DNA from: Dehalococcoidia bacterium
Lineage (GTDB): Bacteria; Chloroflexota; Dehalococcoidia; Lucifugimonadales; JADFKI01
Length of the DNA stretch: 64,000 nucleotides
Direction: 5' to 3'
Assembly (NCBI GenBank): GCA_963665605.1
Contig: OY762409.1
Coordinates: 3,851,061-3,915,060, forward strand
Under the pieces are notes generated by a model. It was not told the DNA's origin and made no database searches. It saw only the letters and a list, made by a program, of their open reading frames with translations. Shown piece by piece: positions 44,609 to 56,103 of this stretch (its first letter is position 1; each line of letters begins with the position of its first letter). Position numbers and translations under genes: made by a program.

Positions 44609-45961
44609 TTAACTCTTAGTGCGGTATCGCTGCGCGAGGTTATTGCGGTAGTCCGGGTCTTGCGAGATTATCTGACCTCGGCTCAGTTGCTCCTCGACTG
44701 ATGAAACGCGTGGAGGCCTTGGAGCAGGAGGCGCAGTGCCAATCGCACCACGAGATTCCATATCCTGTATTTGTGCTGCTGTTGCGCCCATCATTTCCGA
44801 AAGGACGTACCCATTGTGCTGGCCCAGTGTTGGCGCCGCCGAGCGTAACTCACCTGGTGTCCCAGAGAATTTCCACGGCCTGCTGGTATAAGGTAGAGGA
44901 GGCATGCCCGTGCTTGGATGGTGCTCGGCAACCTCGTAGAATCCACGACCATTAAGGTGAGGGTTGAAGAGAAGGTCCTTTCCGTCAAGCACGGCACCTG
45001 CGGGGACGCCTCTAGACTGCAATGCGTTCATGAGCCCGTATCGCTCCAGCCGAGAAGTTGCATCGGAGAGTAAGGCGTCGACCTGGTCGCGGTTCTTCTG
45101 ACGAGACAAGGCATCCGCAAATCGCTCGTCATTAGGCCAATCGCTTTGCTCTAACACGTCGCAGAGCGCCTGCCATTGCTCATCCGTTGACACGGCGATG
45201 GTTATCCATTTGTCGTTGCCCTTGCAGGGGTAGCAACCATGTGGAGACATCAGTGAGTGCTGGTTGCCCTGGCGCTCCGAAGTACGCCCATTGACTGAGC
45301 GGTTTAGCATCGCCTCGGGTATCGTCGAGGTAAGAGTTTCAGACTGCGATACGTCGATGAACTGACCCTTGCCGGTTCGCGCCCGATAGGCGAGGGCGGC
45401 CATGATCGCGAACGCCGTGTGTTCTGCAGCAGTATAGTCGGCATAGGGTATTTCAGGAAGTACGGGAGGTCCACCCTTGTATCCACTGATGTGGGAGAGG
45501 CCTGAGGTTGCTTCGGTTGTGTAGCCGATCGCTCCGTAATTGGCCCAGGGACCGGTATAGCCGTAACCGGTCGAGGAGACCATGATTATGTCCGGTCGGA
45601 TCTGGCGTAAATCCTCGTATTCCAGCTTGAAATTTCGCATCACGCGAGGTGTGAAGTTCTCGGCGAATATGTCGCTGATGCCAATGAGTTCGCGTAGCGC
45701 ATCAATGCAATCTTCGTCATTCAGCTCGAGCGTAAGGCTGTATTTGTTGCGATTTTGCTCGTAGAAATTTGCCGCACGATCCCAGTAGTGCCCTTCGCCG
45801 TTGTTCTCGTAGAAAGAACTGGTGCGATAGTTGTCCAGACGGCTGCAGGACTCGATACGGATTACCTGCGCGCCCATGTCGCCTAGCAGCTTGATAGCAT
45901 GCGGAATGGCAATGAGCTGACCCATTTCGACTATGCGAACACCAGCCAATGGCAGCGACAT
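44609..45961 (-). CDS. Family III CoA-transferase (CaiB/BaiF type), with a C-terminal extension
   Basis: LAGVRIVEMGQ.IA.P.A.KLLGDMGA.VIRIE N-terminal signature. Its start lies 1 nt from the stop of the upstream paralog. Confidence 0.85.
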   Translation of the reverse strand: MSLPLAGVRIVEMGQLIAIPHAIKLLGDMGAQVIRIESCSRLDNYRTSSFYENNGEGHYWDRAANFYEQNRNKYSLTLELNDEDCIDALRELIGISDIFAENFTPRVMRNFKLEYEDLRQIRPDIIMVSSTGYGYTGPWANYGAIGYTTEATSGLSHISGYKGGPPVLPEIPYADYTAAEHTAFAIMAALAYRARTGKGQFIDVSQSETLTSTIPEAMLNRSVNGRTSERQGNQHSLMSPHGCYPCKGNDKWITIAVSTDEQWQALCDVLEQSDWPNDERFADALSRQKNRDQVDALLSDATSRLERYGLMNALQSRGVPAGAVLDGKDLLFNPHLNGRGFYEVAEHHPSTGMPPLPYTSRPWKFSGTPGELRSAAPTLGQHNGYVLSEMMGATAAQIQDMESRGAIGTAPPAPRPPRVSSVEEQLSRGQIISQDPDYRNNLAQRYRTKS

Positions 45962-45962
45962 A

Positions 45963-47165
45963 CTACACTACTCCTGAAGCCGTCAGCATGCTTAATTGCT
46001 CTGGGGAAAGACCCAGTCGCCCGCAGAGTATTTCATGGTTGTGCTCGCCCAATAATGGAGCTGGACTAAGGGCTTGCCATGGCGTCTCACTCATAATGAA
46101 TGGTGCGCCGGGATACACTGCTTCGCCAATGACCGGATGACTGATGCTTGCGAAATAGCCGCGCTCATTGTACTGCTCGCTTGCGAGAACCTCGGCAGGG
46201 CTATGGACAACGCCGTAGATGTGGCCTCTTCTTTTGTGCGCCTCACGCATCAAGTCGAACTTGCGCCACTGGGTCATTCCACGCTCAAGTGCCTCTTGCA
46301 GAGCCTTTGCGTTGTTAAAGCGGCTCTCGGGCGTGCTGAACGCTTCATCCTTTAGTGCGGGTTCACCGATAAAGTCAGCAACGCCATTCCAGTCTACAGC
46401 GCCGCCGAAGTGTATGGGTACGATGTAACCATCTTTGGTCGGCACTGGACTGCGCGGCATGTCCCCGGTGTATGTGGGCTGTCGCTGTCTTGTGCTGCCC
46501 GCGTAGGTGTACAAGGAGGTCGTGTCGCGGAGGGCGGACGCAACGCATTCCTGGATGGACACATCGATATGCTGACCTTCTCCAGTGAATTGCTGGTGGT
46601 ACCAACCAACAAGCGCGGCGGTGGCGGCGTTCGTTCCTGCCTTGAACTGAGTTTGGCGGAGCGCATGCTTCAAGGGTTCCCGGTCAGCCGATCCGAATAT
46701 ATACATCAGACCGCCGAGGGCGTAGTGTACGATGTCAGTTGCCTTGTAGTCCCGGTACGGGCCGGTCTGCCCAAAATTGGAAATCGAGACCATCACCAGC
46801 GAAGAATTCTTGGCCGAGAGTATGTCGTAGTCCAGACCGAGAGAAGGCATCACGCGCGGCGCGAAATTCTCCACGAGGATGTCAGTGTCTGCCAGCAGTC
46901 GGTGGAACAACGATATGCCGGTGGAGGCTTTGAGGTCCAGAGTTATGCTCTTCTTGTTCGTATTCAGGTATGCGAACAGAAGGCTGTGTTCAAGGTGGGG
47001 TTCGTCGTTTGCAAAAGGAGGCAGTCCACGGGCGGGGTCGCCCTGAAGTCGCTCCACCTTTACTACGTCGGCCCCAAAATCGGCGAGGAGCTTGGTGCAG
47101 TAAGGACCGGCGACATGGTGCGTCAGGTCGAGTACTCGCACGCCCTCTAAAGCTCGGTCTTGCAA
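45963..47165 (-). CDS. Family III CoA-transferase (CaiB/BaiF type)
   Basis: LEGVRVLDLTHHVAGPYCTKLLADFGADVVKVE signature; about 400 aa. Confidence 0.85.
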   Translation of the reverse strand: MQDRALEGVRVLDLTHHVAGPYCTKLLADFGADVVKVERLQGDPARGLPPFANDEPHLEHSLLFAYLNTNKKSITLDLKASTGISLFHRLLADTDILVENFAPRVMPSLGLDYDILSAKNSSLVMVSISNFGQTGPYRDYKATDIVHYALGGLMYIFGSADREPLKHALRQTQFKAGTNAATAALVGWYHQQFTGEGQHIDVSIQECVASALRDTTSLYTYAGSTRQRQPTYTGDMPRSPVPTKDGYIVPIHFGGAVDWNGVADFIGEPALKDEAFSTPESRFNNAKALQEALERGMTQWRKFDLMREAHKRRGHIYGVVHSPAEVLASEQYNERGYFASISHPVIGEAVYPGAPFIMSETPWQALSPAPLLGEHNHEILCGRLGLSPEQLSMLTASGVV

Positions 47166-47322
47166 TGTATCGCTGTTAGCTCCCGAGGATCTGGAATCCG
47201 GAAGATTCGCAGAGGGAGTATATCACGCAAGCTGTTACCGGTCGTCTGCAGTGTGAGTACGCTATACTTGTACGAGCCGCTGAGGTGCAAGAATGCGTCG
47301 CAAAAAAATCTGTCAGTAATGC

Positions 47323-47351
47323 TTGACTTGTGACTTTCCCTGTTTTAGACT
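47323..47351 (+). promoter_or_regulatory. Putative sigma-70 promoter of the 23S rRNA transcription unit
   Basis: TTGACT (47323-47328), a 17-nt spacer, then TAGACT (47346-47351). Preceded by an A-rich UP-like tract (CAAAAAAATC, 47301-47310). Confidence 0.5.
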
Positions 47352-47418
47352 AGCAGGACGGTTGAGTGCAAAGATGACATTTACATTCTGACATACAGCA
47401 TTCAGGCAAGCCTACAGC

Positions 47419-47460
47419 ACGGCTGGGGACTGCCAGCCGTTTTTTTGTGTACCTTAACAA
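47419..47460 (+). promoter_or_regulatory. rRNA leader element: hairpin plus U-tract (boxB-like or terminator-like), followed by a boxA-like sequence
   Basis: 8-bp stem ACGGCTGG/CCAGCCGT (47419-47440) followed directly by six more T (T7 run 47440-46), then CCTTAACAA (47452-47460). That resembles the boxA core (consensus TGCTCTTTAACAA, from memory). Confidence 0.4.
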
Positions 47461-47505
47461 CTGAATCCTGTCTAACAATAGACCGAGTAAATGATCCTTA
47501 ATGTG

Positions 47506-50487
<2,982 letters not shown>

Positions 50488-50603
50488 CACATTAAGGGTC
50501 GTTTACGCAGGATATCACAGAATTGACAGGATTCAGTAGTAGGTAATGCCTTTTGGCAAGCGGCTGCGCGTTATGAGCGCACCGTCCGGATCATTAGTAA
50601 TAA

Positions 50604-50678
<75 letters not shown>

Positions 50679-50688
50679 GAAATGAGAG

Positions 50689-50723
50689 ACGCCCGTCATG
50701 TAAATGACGGGCGTTTTGCTTTG
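50689..50723 (+). terminator. Intrinsic terminator ending the 23S-tRNA-fMet unit
   Basis: 11-bp stem ACGCCCGTCAT/ATGACGGGCGT, 4-nt loop, then TTTGCTTTG. Confidence 0.8.
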
Positions 50724-50755
50724 TCTTCCTGATACGGTCTTTGCCGACTACGAGA

Positions 50756-51832
50756 CTAGTCCGCGACTGCCACCGTATCCTCAGCGAACTCCGGCATGAC
50801 TTCGCTTGCGAACATCTCGATGCAGCGCAGTGACTTATCGAGGTCGAGGCCGGCTGCGCCAAACTTGCCGAAGATGCGGTTGATGCCCTTAGAACGCAGC
50901 GTTTCAATGCGCTCGCAAACGACTTCAGGAGTGCCGATCAGGGGCAGGATGCCTTCTTCACGGGCTCGCTTTCCGGCTTCGAGACGGTCGCGATCACGAT
51001 GCACCCAGTGCTTGTAGTTCTCGGGGATGACCCCATTCTTGTCGGCGGGGTTGCCGACGCGGTAGAACTCTTCGTTGATGTGATCTTCCAGGCCCTTAAT
51101 ATCGTTCTCGGCCTGCTCCATCGTGGGGGCGACGTAGATGTTGGTGCTGACTGGTAGGTCGATGTTCTCGTGCGGGTTTCCGTAATGCTCCATGCGCTCG
51201 TGCCAGAGACTTACGACTTGCGGGGTTTGGCCCAGCGTAGTTGTGGGACCACCGACGATAATGGGCAAGCCGCGCTTGGCGGCGTTGTCCACGCTCTCCG
51301 GGCTGGTGCTCACTGCAATGTAGATGGGCGGGCCAGGCTTCTGGATAGGCTTGGGAATCACCCATGTATCCTCGAAGTCAACGAACTTGCCCTTGAATGT
51401 GGTCGTGCCTTCCTCCCAGCATGCCTGCACGACATCAAGGTATTCGTTAAACATCTCACGGGAGTGGGCGATGTCCACTCCGAGTCCGTGAAACTCCTGT
51501 GCTTGGTAGCCTGCGCCGACGCCGAGATTGAATCGGCCGTTTGAGATGATGTCGATGATCGCGCTCTCTTCCGCCACCAGCACGGGATTATGGAACGGCA
51601 GCACGACGATGGCGGTCCCAATGCGGGCGTTCTCGGTCTTGGCGGCGACTGCACCCAGGAATGAAAAGATACCGGAAAGCATGCCGTGCCGGGAGAAGTG
51701 GTGTTCCCCGAGCCAGATGTCCTGCAAGCCCAGCTTGTCTGCAAACTCAATCTGTTCCAGCGACGCCTCAAAGGCGCGCTCTGCACTCCAGTCCTTGTGC
51801 CAGCGTAGTATGTCGAACATGCCGAATCTCAT
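50756..51832 (-). CDS. Luciferase-like flavin-dependent monooxygenase (LLM family)
   Basis: MRFGMF........ERAFE..LEQIEFADKLG..DIWLGEHHF..HG is typical of the LLM family. Confidence 0.8.
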   Translation of the reverse strand: MRFGMFDILRWHKDWSAERAFEASLEQIEFADKLGLQDIWLGEHHFSRHGMLSGIFSFLGAVAAKTENARIGTAIVVLPFHNPVLVAEESAIIDIISNGRFNLGVGAGYQAQEFHGLGVDIAHSREMFNEYLDVVQACWEEGTTTFKGKFVDFEDTWVIPKPIQKPGPPIYIAVSTSPESVDNAAKRGLPIIVGGPTTTLGQTPQVVSLWHERMEHYGNPHENIDLPVSTNIYVAPTMEQAENDIKGLEDHINEEFYRVGNPADKNGVIPENYKHWVHRDRDRLEAGKRAREEGILPLIGTPEVVCERIETLRSKGINRIFGKFGAAGLDLDKSLRCIEMFASEVMPEFAEDTVAVAD

Positions 51833-51888
51833 CGGACCCTCCTAGTCAGGGTTATAGCAATTTGCGGGTTAGCGGGATGGCAAGCAGA

Positions 51889-52788
51889 CTACCTGTTGCG
51901 GAGGCGAGGGTCAAGGACGTCGCGAAGGGCATCTCCCAACAGGTTAAAAGCGAGGACCGTGATCGTTATGGCGAGCCCGGGGAATATGACCAACCACCAG
52001 AGGGGCTTAAACGTGGAAGTAGACGCGAGCGCGAGCATGTTACCCCAGGTAGCTGTGGGCGGCGGCACACCGGCTCCGAGGAATCCAAGACTTGCCTCGA
52101 TTAGAATTGCCACGCCCAGGTGGGCGGTAGCCAGCACGAGGAATGGCGCTCCGCACTGCGGTGTTACATGTCGAAGCATGACACGCATGTCCGTGGCACC
52201 AATTGCACGTGCTGCTGTTACATAGTCCATTTCCCTGATCTGAAGCGCGACCGAGCGTATCACCCTGCCGCCAAATGGAATTCTAGTCACTGAAATCGCA
52301 ATTGTAACGGTCCATAGACTGGGCGCCAGAGCCGCCAACAAGAGGAGTGCGAGAATGAGGTCGGGGAACGCCTGAAGAATCTCCAGTGCTCGTTGCATTA
52401 TCAGGTCCGTCTTTCCGCCTAGGTAAGCACTAGCGACGCCGAGAAGCGCGCCGACGGTTGTGCCGCAAAGGACCGCGATAAATGCCACAATAAGGGTGGT
52501 CTGAGTGCCGAACATAACCCGGCTGAGTACATCTCTGCCTGCATGATCGGTTCCCAGCACATGATCGGCATTTGGCGGACCCGACATATATAGGAAGTCT
52601 CCCCTCTCTTGGTCATAGGGGGAAACAATAGGCGCCGTGAGCGCGACCAGCACCAGTACGATAAGAACGAATGCGCCAGCTGCTCCCAAGGGATTCTGAA
52701 TGATGAATTCTCGAATCTTGCGTAAAGCGCCATTTATTCCGGCGTTACGGGATTCCAGGTCAGGGCTAATCGCCTGTTCTGACTGCAC
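51889..52788 (-). CDS. ABC transporter permease (DppC/OppC-type)
   Basis: Six hydrophobic segments. N-terminal OppC-like region. EAA-like loop (YVTAARAIGATDMRVMLRHV.P). Confidence 0.85.
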   Translation of the reverse strand: MQSEQAISPDLESRNAGINGALRKIREFIIQNPLGAAGAFVLIVLVLVALTAPIVSPYDQERGDFLYMSGPPNADHVLGTDHAGRDVLSRVMFGTQTTLIVAFIAVLCGTTVGALLGVASAYLGGKTDLIMQRALEILQAFPDLILALLLLAALAPSLWTVTIAISVTRIPFGGRVIRSVALQIREMDYVTAARAIGATDMRVMLRHVTPQCGAPFLVLATAHLGVAILIEASLGFLGAGVPPPTATWGNMLALASTSTFKPLWWLVIFPGLAITITVLAFNLLGDALRDVLDPRLRNR

Positions 52789-52809
52789 AAAAGAACTCCA
52801 ATTAGTTGC

Positions 52810-53766
52810 TTACGAATATCGAATGCGCGGATCCAACCACGCGTACATGAGGTCAACGACTATATTCATTACGGTGAATATGACGCCGTAGAGAAGAACG
52901 AGATTTTGGATCGTAACAACATCTCGTTCTGAAATTGCACGAATCAAAATCTCCCCCATTCCCTTGACACCAAAGACTTGCTCAATTGCTACTGATCCAC
53001 CAATTAGGAAACTCAGCAATATTCCTGATATTGTCAAGACTGGTAGGATTGCGTTACGGACTGCGTGCCGCAAGAGAGTAACACGTTCCGCGAGACCTTT
53101 AGCACGTGCTGTGCGGATATACTCCTGCCCCATGATTTCGAGAAGGGAAGAACGCGTCATCCTGGCTATATACGCTGCGGAGGATATTCCAAGTACCAGT
53201 GCCGGTCCCCAAATAATTTGAAAATTCTGCCAAGGGTTCTCCCAAATGTGAATTATTTCTATAGGGGACTTATATCCGAATGTGAGCACAAGCCAAAGGA
53301 CGAGAAGCATGCCTACCCAGAAACCCGGGACCGCCAAGAACAATATCGTGAGAAAGCGGGATAGGTAATCGCCTATGCTGTTCCTCTTCAGCCCGCTTAT
53401 GATTCCCGCCGGGAAACCAACGAGCCAAGAAACTATGGTCGCACCAATTGCGATTTCCAGAGTGATGGGTCCTCTATGGGCGATAACTTCGGCAACGGTA
53501 TATGTCCGGAAGAATGACCTTCCAAATTCGAGCGTCGCGATGTCACCGAGCCAGCGAAGATACTGTATGTAGTACGGATCGCTAAGTCCCAGCGCTTCCA
53601 TAATTGCCTGCCGCTGGGTTTCAGTTAACCTTGTAACGTCGTCCTGTCCATAGAATGCAGTTAGTATGTCGCCAGGAATGACACGCAGGACTGCGAAAAT
53701 AATGACGGTTATGGCAAGCAGAGTTGGTATCGTGTAAAGGAGCCTTCTAATCAGATACTTAGCGAT
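52810..53766 (-). CDS. ABC transporter permease (DppB/OppB-type); start codon uncertain (no canonical start upstream of the first TM helix)
   Basis: The frame is open from 53781 and encodes the canonical DppB N-terminus (V)IAKYLIRRLLYTIPTLLAITVIIFAVLRVIPGD upstream of the first ATG at 53601. Only an ATC (53766) is preceded by AAGGGGG at 7 nt. EAA loop: YIRTARAKGL.E.....HA.RNA. Confidence 0.7.
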   Translation of the reverse strand: MAKYLIRRLLYTIPTLLAITVIIFAVLRVIPGDILTAFYGQDDVTRLTETQRQAIMEALGLSDPYYIQYLRWLGDIATLEFGRSFFRTYTVAEVIAHRGPITLEIAIGATIVSWLVGFPAGIISGLKRNSIGDYLSRFLTILFLAVPGFWVGMLLVLWLVLTFGYKSPIEIIHIWENPWQNFQIIWGPALVLGISSAAYIARMTRSSLLEIMGQEYIRTARAKGLAERVTLLRHAVRNAILPVLTISGILLSFLIGGSVAIEQVFGVKGMGEILIRAISERDVVTIQNLVLLYGVIFTVMNIVVDLMYAWLDPRIRYS

Positions 53767-53856
53767 GACCCAGCCCCCTTTCGACCCTCAGGAGCGCTCT
53801 GCTTGCCCAATGAACCAACGTATCACCAAGAGTTGCTTTCGGCAGTGGCAAATTAA

Positions 53857-55638
53857 CTATCTGTCAAGCCACCAGGTACCGCGCCTTTCTGCGTTATATA
53901 GCCCTATGCTTCCTCCAACTGCGTGTCCCTTCACGTAGAGGTAGTGGGCGTCCGTGAACTCCTCCCAGGACAGGGGAGCGAATGGGACTCTTTCCTCTAG
54001 CAGAAGGTCAATTTCATTGATGAGATTCTTCCGTACTACAGGATCGAGCTCAGAATCTATCTTGTCTATCAGAGCGTCGACCTCCTCGTCGCAGAAACTT
54101 CCGAAGTTTGTGGGGCCGTCACAACCGTACCAGGTCCTGAGATACGAAGAGGGGTCTCCGAACGGGAACACTACCGGTCCCACGCTCAGGTCAAAGTCGC
54201 CAGCCTCAGTAGTCTCAATCCAGATCGGATACTCAGAGGGAACCTGCTCTACTTCTATGCCAATATCACCAACCATCTGCGCGACCATAGGTCCCCATAC
54301 CTGTGAATAGGCATCGCCCGTGTACCTGATACGCAGGCCTGTGATGCCATCGCCATATCCAGCATCTTCTAGAATTTGTTTCGCGAGTTCTATCTCAGGT
54401 CCTTTATCGGCGGTTGCGGCATTGCCCTGTCGATTTCGCAATTCCTCTTCGGACGCAGCAAATTCGCTGAACTTAAATATGAATCCGAAACCTTGAGACA
54501 TCGGCGAGATGTCCTTCGCGCCTGTGATGATGGCGTCTCGGTCAATGACCGTGTGAATGGCTTTCCTGACACGCACATCCGACATGGGGCCCTCGCTGGC
54601 CTGGTTCAGGAAAGTAGCGATAATGGTGGTCTGAGGGAAGCGAACAGTGGTTGTGCCCTCCGGCGGATTGGTCTGCCATTCCTGCCAGGTCTTGGGGTCA
54701 ATACCACGGGCATAGTCAATCTTATTGCTTACGAAGGCAGCGACGAGCTGCTGACAAAATGCGCAGATGTGGAATGAATTGATACCGTCAAGATAAGGCA
54801 ACTCGGGGTTCCAATAGTCAGGGAACTTCTCGAGCCGCCACTCCTCCGCATCAATGTGCGATACATACCTGAAGGGTCCGGTTCCAGGGTAGTCAGGAAT
54901 CTGACGCAGATCCGAGCCTGTGTCGTCAAGTGTCTGTTTCCGGACAATTACGTTAAAGCCGCTAGCAATGGACTGAAGAATGTAGTCAGCAGGCCTAGGT
55001 TCCCGAAGCATGAAGACAACCGTGTAATCGTCAGGAGCTTCTACGGAATCGACTGAGGTAAAAAGAGTTTCCCTCCGGCTATTGACATGGTCGGGCGGGA
55101 AAATGATGCGGTCAAATGTGGCTTTCACATCCGCTGAGGTCATGTCAGCACCGTCGTGGAACTTAACACCCTCTCGCAACTTGAAAGTGAAGTCCTTTCC
55201 GTCGCTGGAAACTTCCCAGGTATGAGCGAGCCCGGCATTGATAATGGATCTAGCCTGGTCGGTGGGGTCGTTCATTACCAGCAGGTCATACATCGGGCAC
55301 TGGGGTGTGCAATTGTTTGTGGTACCTGACTGATGCAGATCAAGATGAGGGGGGCTGGCTACCCATCCATAGTTCATAAAACCGCCACGTTTGGGGTTTG
55401 GCTCCGGTGGTCTGAGAGTCGCTGCCACCTCTTGGGGTTCGGCGATCTTGGGTATTGCAGGGGGAGGAGTAGATGTGGCGGCTGGCGCTGCGGCCGGGGC
55501 TGCCGGTGCTGCTGTTGGAGCCGCAGGAGCCGCCGGCGCTGCGGGCGCTTCTTCGTCAGCGCTTGAACACGCAGCTAGTGCCATCACGAGTGCGAGGCTT
55601 GCCAGGAGCGGCAACAGTATCTTTACGTATCTCTTCAT
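53857..55638 (-). CDS. ABC transporter substrate-binding lipoprotein (family 5, peptide/nickel/opine type)
   Basis: Signal peptide with lipobox LAAC|S. Ala/Pro-rich linker (APAAPAAPAAPTAAPAAPAAAPAA). SBP_bac_5-like body of about 500 aa. Confidence 0.85.
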   Translation of the reverse strand: MKRYVKILLPLLASLALVMALAACSSADEEAPAAPAAPAAPTAAPAAPAAAPAATSTPPPAIPKIAEPQEVAATLRPPEPNPKRGGFMNYGWVASPPHLDLHQSGTTNNCTPQCPMYDLLVMNDPTDQARSIINAGLAHTWEVSSDGKDFTFKLREGVKFHDGADMTSADVKATFDRIIFPPDHVNSRRETLFTSVDSVEAPDDYTVVFMLREPRPADYILQSIASGFNVIVRKQTLDDTGSDLRQIPDYPGTGPFRYVSHIDAEEWRLEKFPDYWNPELPYLDGINSFHICAFCQQLVAAFVSNKIDYARGIDPKTWQEWQTNPPEGTTTVRFPQTTIIATFLNQASEGPMSDVRVRKAIHTVIDRDAIITGAKDISPMSQGFGFIFKFSEFAASEEELRNRQGNAATADKGPEIELAKQILEDAGYGDGITGLRIRYTGDAYSQVWGPMVAQMVGDIGIEVEQVPSEYPIWIETTEAGDFDLSVGPVVFPFGDPSSYLRTWYGCDGPTNFGSFCDEEVDALIDKIDSELDPVVRKNLINEIDLLLEERVPFAPLSWEEFTDAHYLYVKGHAVGGSIGLYNAERRGTWWLDR

Positions 55639-55989
55639 TCGGCTCCTCCTTGTAGGGCTCCGCTAGTACGTTACCTGTTCATATATACCGTCCAACTCCA
55701 CGCGATTATTCAACAGCGAAATAGTCTGAATTGCCCCAGAATATAAGTCCAAGCCTGCGGTTTGTCAACCGCGACAGTACCCGCAGCTTACCAGCCACGG
55801 GGTCGACAACCTTTACCCGGCCAGCTTTATTATAAGAAGCAATACAATATGTCATGCAATATGCCTAGAAGAGATCACACGAGAATGCTAACCTTTTACT
55901 TACCACGGGCGTTGTATTGATGCAGGGCCGCCAAGGGAGGCAATTTACTGCGATTATGAGTATTTTTCGTGTAAAGTCATCATTATACC

Positions 55990-56018
55990 TTGCGTTTTCC
56001 AAGAGCCTGTGATATAAA
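55990..56018 (+). promoter_or_regulatory. Putative sigma-70 promoter upstream of rpoD
   Basis: TTGCGT (55990-55995), a 17-nt spacer, then TATAAA (56013-56018), in an AT-rich 465-bp intergenic region. Confidence 0.35.
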
Positions 56019-56103
56019 TCAGGCATTATATAAATTATGTGCACCAAGAGATGTGTCTTATGAACCTAATACGAGAGAATTGTGCGCTATCTGGAAGGGT
56101 GAA

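Noticed and set aside
50498-50603. Possible 5S rRNA between the 23S gene and tRNA-fMet
   Set aside because: The segment is shorter than a 5S gene. It also lacks the conserved 5S segments I know, such as CCGAAC...GTGAAAC-type and GGGAGAGTAGG-type blocks. Part of it forms the outer 23S processing stem.
55333-55666. Gly/Ala/Arg-rich plus-strand ORFs (77, 91 and 60 aa)
   Set aside because: They are antisense to the Ala/Pro-rich linker and signal peptide of the substrate-binding lipoprotein, and so are a low-complexity artefact.
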